NCBI GenBank assembly: GCA_040357565.1
Contig: JBDODJ010000118.1
Length of the DNA stretch: 35,172 nt
Direction: 5' to 3' (one strand)
Source: Cercozoa sp. M6MM
Taxonomy: Eukaryota; Protista; Endomyxa: Ascetosporea
In this document: piece after piece, positions 27,712 to 35,172 of the stretch
Layout: each line of letters opens with the position of its first letter
Numbering within the stretch: position 1 is the stretch's first letter
Made by a program: the position numbers and the translations under genes
Notes under the pieces: model-generated
Database searches by the model: none
What the model was told of the DNA's origin: nothing
The model's input: the letters and a program-made list of their open reading frames with translations, nothing else

Positions 27712-30433
27712 ATGGGGCGAACGACAGCACCAGTGAAGGTTGCGATGAAGGTACGTCGGCCTGGCTCAACTACTGTTAGGATCGATAAGTCAAAAGAAGA
27801 CGCGACAAACTTCGTTCTGGAAGTTGAGCCAAACTCGCACAGGTGCCGAAGCGATAGCCCATCGAGTTATTCAAGTTGCTCGCTAGCGAGTGCAGCAGCG
27901 AGTGAAGCCATCGCACGCGCAGAGCGTGTGCTTTGCAAAGAGCTTGACGACATCGCGAGCGAGGAACTTGAGGGAGGCGCCGACGAAGAATCAGCCAACG
28001 TCGAATTCACCGACTCTGAGTCTGAGACGCAGTCGGTAAATTTAGGCTGTCCAACGCACGAAACGAGCAGACACCGCCACCGAAAGCGCTTTATTCCAAG
28101 CACAGACTTAAATTCGTTTCGCAAGAGTCTCTTCTCTTCACGCAGGAAACAGCACACGCCCTCCGAGTCTGTACGCAACAGATCACTACGCCACCATTCC
28201 GCGTGTCGAAAAAGAGACCTTCCGTACTCGCACTGCTGTCGCCAGGAACAGAAAGAAATCCTTCGCGCTTTTCGCCAAGAAGTGAGCGCTTTGCACCGTC
28301 GCAACGATCAAAGAAAGGCACTAGTTGCAGAAAAGCTGCGCAAGAGACATCGTGTCATGTTGCAGAACCAGCTCGCATTTGTTCGCGGTCATTTCAAAAC
28401 CGCTTTGGCAAAGCACGTCGCACGAGTTCGTGAGTCACTCGATGCTGCCGCAGCCGAAGCTTTGGAGTTGGAGAAACTAGAGTTGAAGCGACGACGACAA
28501 AATGCTCTGCAAGATGTAAAAACTCAAGCCGAAAAGCGACGAAAGCGCCTGCTCGAAACCCAAAGAGAAAAAATCGCGCAAGAAGGTGCCTGGTGGCGAT
28601 TGCGTTGTGTCAATGCAATATTTACTGTGTGCTTTAGGTGTAGCGACACTGAGGAAAGTAAAGTCTCAGCTAGAGTTAGAGCTCAACAACTTTGCCGAAC
28701 GCGAAAGGCTCATCGCCGAGGCCAAACTGGAGGAAGACATTTCGCAAGCGAAACGTGAGCACCTACAGCGACTTCAAAAGACCAAGGATAGAATCGCAGG
28801 AGATGGTAAACTGCAGTGTAGTCCTTGTTTTCCACGAGGTTACTGTGCTTTAAAAAACAGTGAAAACTGCGCGGAACCAAAAGCTACTGGAGCTTCAAAG
28901 AGAGTTCGATATCGAGGTTCAGTCAGCGCAGCGTTCAATGGCCAACAAGTGAGTTCTGTTCTTATAGTACCCGTACGAGCGCATTGTATGTGTTTCGTTT
29001 CGCACTTAGGCTTGACGATGCAGTGAATAAAGCTCAAGCTGAACACGAACAAAGGTTTAGGCAGCAATTGCAGCGCCTGAGTCTGCAGCACGAAGAAGAA
29101 GTAAGATCGCGCATCGACTCTATCACCGCTCGGGCTAAACGTCGCATGCAACGCGAAGAAGCATCCACACGAGCACGGCACGCTCGTGAACTAGAGAAAC
29201 TCGAAGATGAGATGCACGAACAACACAAAGCAAGTTTGAAAGAAAAGTGCAGCATGCTAAAGGTACTTTTACTACTATAAGTTGTACTGCCGGAATTTGA
29301 ATGATAAAAATGAAACTTATGATTATAAGCATAACTCAGATTGAGCTTGAATGTGAGAGAGACGAAGCAATGCGCAAGCTTCGGCAAAATTTGATGACGC
29401 AAGAAGAGCATGCACTCGCTAAAATACGCCGAGAAGCTGCCGAAGAGCTCGAAGAGGAGAAACAGCGCGTCGCACAGCAAATCGAAGAGGAGAGACGGCA
29501 GCGACAGGTGGAACTACAGATCCGCGAATCTTGTTCGGCGGCGGTTCAGGCAGTCCGCGAACAAACCCCACCGCATGTCGAAGTAAGCAGCAACGACATT
29601 CAACAAATACGGGATGCTGTGCGCGACGAGATACAACAGGCGTTACCCCAAAACACAATACTGCCCGAGAAAACCCTCATTTTGTCGAAAGACAGTCGCG
29701 TGCAGACTGCTCCACAAAGGTGAATTTTGTTTAGGAAACACTTCTTGTGACAGATGCAAACTGAAAGCTGCTTTCCTAACTTTACAGCGAGACTAATGCT
29801 GCGACCAAAGAACAGACTGCTTCCACTGCCATCTCGACTGTGAGTGACTCGGCGTTGCGCTGCATGAAAAGCGAACAGCTACCCCGGGCTGACAATAGGG
29901 GCTGCAAGTTTAAGCACAAGCACCGTCGTCTCAAAGTGAAGAAACGTCTTCGACGTGCCTCGTCAGGACTGAAGGAGTCCGAGCCGGAGAGCGAGATTAC
30001 TGCGACCTCTTCCGGTTCCAGTGCAACCGAGCCATCCTACGACAACACAACCTCCTCTGACTCCCGTGCGATTAAACTCGACTTACATATAAGGTATAAT
30101 GCTTCGTTCAATCGGAATGCTTCTCTTGGGCTGGTGCCATTGAAACAACAACTGCGTTGTAGCGGACTTCCGACGGGAACGGCAGTTTCCAGCGCGCAAC
30201 TGAACATGATTCCCGGCAAAGACGGTGGACGACAGCGACGTTTTTCAGTGCCCGTGACAACCGCTGCACCCAGAACTCGAACGCCAAAGATGTCTCCTGG
30301 AAAAAAGGTCGAGCTTGAGGAGGAGAATACGAAGAAGGAACACCCTCGACAAATGAACACCCGCAATCGGTCTGATTCGCAGTCAGCGAATCGGCCGAGC
30401 CGACTTACAGCCACATCGCCGACATGGCGATGA
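27712..30433 (+). CDS. Hypothetical long coiled-coil protein with low-complexity termini
   Basis: Long first exon to about 28585, then E/K/R/Q-rich coiled-coil exons (LRKVKSQLELELNNFAERE, AEHEQRFRQQLQRL, EEHALAKIRREAAEELEEEKQR) joined by GT-AG introns. Ser-rich tail to TGA at 30433; the end is uncertain. Confidence 0.7.
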
Positions 30434-31647
30434 CGGGCCGCCGGCACGCTGACCCTTAAGGCTTCGAATGACAGTATAGACCGCACAGAAAAACAGCAAA
30501 ATGTGCAAAATATCAATGTAAATTTAAATATAAATTTAAATTCGGTCCGTGCAGAAACAGAGGTGTCTACATACAATACAGTACGGTAATGATACACCGA
30601 AGGCTGGTGAGCCAGAGAATGGACAGAATGGTCAGTTCGGTCGCTAGTGTGTTGTCGACTTGGGAAGACATCGTGCGCGTGAAACTTCAGTTCGCTTTCA
30701 TTTCACTTTCGCTTTCGGTTTTCGTTGTGTTTCGTTTTTTGAGTTTCGTGTTTAGTTCGTTTGAGTTGCTGTGGTCTAGCGACGACGGCCATAATTTGCA
30801 TTGAGCTGCGCCGGAGGCAGTCAGGGAGCACAAACTGAGCCGGGGCGTCGAAGCAGTTCAATACGTTCTAAATACAGCGGCCCCTGGCACTACGCTTAGT
30901 GCACACACAGCTACGTAGTGTAAAACCGGCCAAAACACAGGATGCGGCTTTGGACAAAAACAAGTCGGTCGCAGAATGCCTATTTAGAGCATACGATAGC
31001 AGTGATAGAGTGGAATGTTAACTAGTGTTACATCAGGCAGGCTTAAACTCGCTCGTACACGACGTACTGCGAGCGCCAAAGTGAGGAATCGATGCCCAGT
31101 GTCTGTTGGTGGCACTGTTCTTCTTGGGATCACTTTTTTCCCGTCGACACTAATTTTGCGCATTTCGGCAACTCTGGCGTGCTCTGATCGTCACAATTCG
31201 TACATTAGCGGTCTGTACGCACGAAACCATACCAAGCATTGTGGTTGGCGCGAGTCCTAGTGGCCTAATTCTTAGCAGAAACCGCCGGGTCAGCGTCAAG
31301 AAGACGGGTCAAAACATGAATACGGACAACACGCCCAAACCACAACCGATTTGTGTTAGGATAATCGTATAGGATAACCTCTGAGTTAACTAAGCGCCAG
31401 AACACGCCCGCCGACCGCGAGCGTCACGCCCCGAGGTGAGCGAGTTTTTTGTGTTCTGTTCTGAGTTTTGTTTCGTGGCGCGTTTTTTCGAGACGAACTC
31501 AAAACTTGCTTTGTTTGACAGAAAAAAAGACTTTCAAACGAACGAAAACATGGTGCTTGCAATCTAGTCACTCCAGCTCGTGATTGTGTTTTGAGTAGCT
31601 GCTGTTGTTGTTGTTGTTGCACTTGTGCTGTGTGCCGGCAGTCCGAC

Positions 31648-32741
31648 ATGGACACGAACGCCGACCCGCGGAACTTCAACGAATTCTGCCGGCCGACACT
31701 ACTACGCCACCATGAAGGTAGTCCTTTCTGCTGATTGGAATTTTCCCCTGCTTTACTCTACTCGAGTTCTTGGACCGCTCGGCCATGAGTGCTACTTCCT
31801 CGAGTCCAATCACCCACTCATATCTGTGTGCTGTGGCAGTGGAAGACAAAACTTGCGTTGTCAAGGCGCCGAACGTGCGCTTCAGCCAACGCCGCGTGTG
31901 TGAGTATGCTTGTTTTTGTCTCTGCTTTCGCTCTGTTTACGTTTGGCCGTGTCGTTGCACACACACCACACACACAGGGTGAATACCGTCGAGCACGAGA
32001 AATTCCAAGCGCACCTGACCGAGAAGGTGAGCGAGATGGTGCGAAGCGCCGAGGACGTGCGTGCTGCCCTCGTCGACCAGACCATTCCTCGCGATCACGT
32101 CCAGAAACTCATCGATAACTCTGTGAACTGTGCACGTCTTGTCGACGTGTGGTTCAAAGCACTCGAGCTCTTCAACCAGCAGTGGTACACTGTGTCTCGG
32201 TTAGTGTTCATTCAGTGTTGCTTATGTGCAACAGGGACCAGGAACTCTGCCGAGCCGGTGCCCAGGCGTCCGAGACGCTGAAACTCGAACTAGAGGCGAC
32301 GCAAGCCGCCGAACGACTGGCCGCTGACGATTTGTCGTATCTCGTGTCCTTGTTGGGGTGCCCAGAATCATGGTGTATGATGTACGCTCGCGTGTGTTGT
32401 TGTGACAGGCGGCACACGGTCACACCTGTGGGCACTGTGCCCGTACTCGCCACCGGTGTCTTGCAAGGCGATCTGGAGACACGCGTGGCCTCTCTGCAAC
32501 AGGTATTCGTTGTTGCTTCCTTGTGCGTGCATGGATTGTGTCTGACATGAGTGTGCCTCGGGCTTGTGCGTGCAGAACGACGTGCCTGTGGAACGTGTCG
32601 AAGTTGCCGTCCCCGACGACACGAGCACTGACACAGACAACACGAACACTGCGATTGCCGTCGAGCGGGTGCGCGGCTGTTCGCTGCAACAACTTTTGGC
32701 CAACACGGCGCCATTCGGTATGTCCTCGTAGTGCTTTGTTG

Positions 32742-32829
<88 letters not shown>

Positions 32830-35172
32830 ATACTATGTCCCGTGTGCCTGCAGCAAACGAGCAGGAAGTGAAGCGAGCCGCCCGAGCGACTGTGGCACTG
32901 ATGGCGCCGGTATGCCAACTGGTGAAGCGACTGCACGAGAACGAGATACTGCACAATGACATTGCGCCGGGCAATCTCATGTTCTCCTCGAGTGACGACA
33001 CTGTCTGCAATCGCATAGAAGCATGCACCTCTCTCGGCGAGTTCTTTGAGCTGTTCCATCAGGTATGTGCCAAAAAGCCATATGCTGTGCATCAGCAATG
33101 TTGTGCTACTAACGCTTGTCTTTTCAGACGGGGTCAGGCAGCATTCATGCGACGCTCATTGACTACGGAGAAGCTTCCCTGAGCGGCCGCTCTCGCCTGC
33201 ACCCAAAGGTGTGTGCATTGTGTTTGTCAATTTACTTGCGTCTACTTTTTGTGTATGCATGCGCGAAGGGCTGCGAGGCAGCTCGTTTGCTGGCCAGCGG
33301 CGCACAGAGTGCCCGCGACTTGACGCACCGACTGCGACAGGCTCGACTCGACTATGAGTACACCAACATTGTACTATATGTTGTGAGTGGTGCATGTCTG
33401 TCTGTGTGCTGCTAGTACTGACGAGGAGGACGCGCTGCTGCCAATGTTGCGCGTGCTTCGCGAGCCATTCTCGTCGCACGAGCAGCCTTTGTGTAAACTT
33501 ACTTGCTCTGTACCAGTGGGATGTCTGATTGTGAGTGAGGGCATAGAGTTGTGTGTGCTGCTGACACAGGCTTCACGCCGGGATACTGTGCCCCGGAGGC
33601 TGCTGCCCTTGGGCTTCGATCGGTCCTGTCCGACGGTTTCTCGATGGGTACCCCTCCTCCTCCCCCTCCCCACTATATCGAAACAAAAATACAAGAGCAA
33701 GGTATATTGCTGTTGGGAATGCCGGTGGAGTGTTGCAGGAGCGGTGCTTCGGTCGATGCTGTTCGGAGTGGGAGGAAGCCACTGCGGCGACTACGTTGAG
33801 CTGGCTGATGAAGGTCTGTTCCTACTTAGGTATTGTATGTATGTTTGATGCTGTGTGTGCGCATAGACGAGGAACTGGAAGAACTGCGTCGCTGCGAGGA
33901 ATTGCAGCTCTCAATGTGGGCACGACTCCTGCACGTGGACGGCGCCGGCACCTCGATCGAGGACGAGGTGGATGGCGTACGTTCACTGTCTCACTCTGTT
34001 GTAGTGTCACTGTGTGTGTGTCTGTGTGTGTGTGTGTGCGTGTGTGTGTGCGTGTGTGTGTATGTATGTGCATGTGCAATGATGCAGCTGTCGGAGTTTT
34101 GGCTGTGGCGACACGCCGTGTCTCGTGACAGCGTGGCACTGCTGGAGGCAGAGGCACCGCAGCTAGTGCGCGCACTGGAGAGTCTGCTGAACCCGCAGCC
34201 ACTATGCCGCGGCACGGTGCAGGAAGTGCTGTCCCACTTTGAAGGGTACCGAATGCAAGCTGTCCTTTCTTTCACCGCTGTGGCACCTCAATTTGTGCAC
34301 AGAGCACTGAGTCACGCTGATAGCGACTTGGACAATGACGGTAGTTCACTTGCTGTCTACAGTGAGTGTTAACTGGCATGTGTGCAACATTGACAGACTC
34401 TGCCGACACGAGCACTGACGATGACAGCAGTAGCAACGATGACAGTGCGCCTCGCTTTGGTGCCTCCGTCCCCTCTGTCCACTGTGTCCTTGTTGCCTTC
34501 CTTGATGGCCTGTGTGCCTCGCAGACATCACCTCGAGCAGCGACAACCCTGGTACACTGGGCACTCTCGTTCCTGTGTCACGCGATTCCCCCTGAGTTGT
34601 CTCGATGGTGCTGTCATTGTGCTGTCTGTGGCGGGCAGTGCCAATCGACTTGTCGGACGACGACCCCGAGAACGACCCGCTGCTCGCCAATCAACGTGCT
34701 GCCTCGGGTAGTTCACGCCACGCAGTCTCTGTAGGCATGCATGTGCATTGTGTGTGTCCCTGTTCTATGCGTGCATGTCTATGTGACAGTGGCGAGTGGC
34801 ACGACGGTCACCCACGAGGTACACACTTAGACACACGCACACTTGTCTGTCGTCTCTCTCTCTCTCTCTCTGTTTGTATGCCCGTGTATGTGTGTAGATG
34901 GACGAGAACGAGGCTCGCTGGGGCGTTGCAGGATCGGTGCACAGTGCGTTGTCTGAGTCTTCCTAGTTGCTGTTGCTGCTGCCTGGCAATGTGAGCTATT
35001 CTTGGTGTGCCACCAGACGACTGGGACGACGACCTGGAGGCTCCTGTGGCGGAGGCAGAGCCAGTGGCGCCGCGTGAGCAACAGCAAGGCGACGAGGTGC
35101 AGCCTGCCTCTTGGGTGGGTGGGTAGGTATGTGTGTGTCACAGGCTGGCTGGTCGGACATCGAGAACGACCA
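31648..35172 (+). CDS. Divergent Ser/Thr protein kinase-like protein with large insertions and an acidic tail; 3'-truncated
   Basis: Spliced motifs KTCVVKAP (beta3 Lys), AVERVRGCSLQQLL (hinge), LHNDIAPGNLM (catalytic loop), LIDYGEA, FTPGYCAPE, LSDGFSMG and LESLLNPQPLCRGTVQEVLSH (subdomain XI), followed by Asp-rich exons. Confidence 0.8.
32746..32828. repeat. (GT)n microsatellite in a kinase intron
   Basis: Perfect GT run of about 80 bp. Confidence 0.98.

Noticed and set aside
31386-31679. Minus-strand ORF with a poly-Q run
   Set aside because: It derives from a short (TTG)n tract upstream of the kinase gene and has no coding signature.

Overview
Eukaryotic (protist-like) genomic DNA with many short GT-AG introns, the standard genetic code, intronic microsatellites and one 100-N scaffold gap. 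The ORF track is fragmentary, so genes were spliced by eye. In order: 3' part of an ABCB/MDR transporter (+); RING + coiled-coil + SQ-rich protein resembling Zip3/RNF212/HEI10 meiotic E3 ligases (+); mitochondrial branched-chain aminotransferase (+); ~8.5 kb cysteine-repeat surface protein ending in a GAIN/GPS- or ZU5-like HF|S autoproteolysis module and a hydrophobic anchor (-); CPA2-type cation/H+ antiporter (-); unknown, probably mitochondrial helical protein (-); GCK-III STE20 kinase with an apparent local frame break (+); a head-to-head pair of unknown coiled-coil genes sharing a short motif; and a divergent protein kinase with very large insertions (+, runs off the window). No CRISPR array, rRNA, tRNA or transposase was seen. 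The best candidates for novelty are the potentially self-cleaving Cys-rich surface protein, the putative meiotic E3 and the insert-laden kinase.
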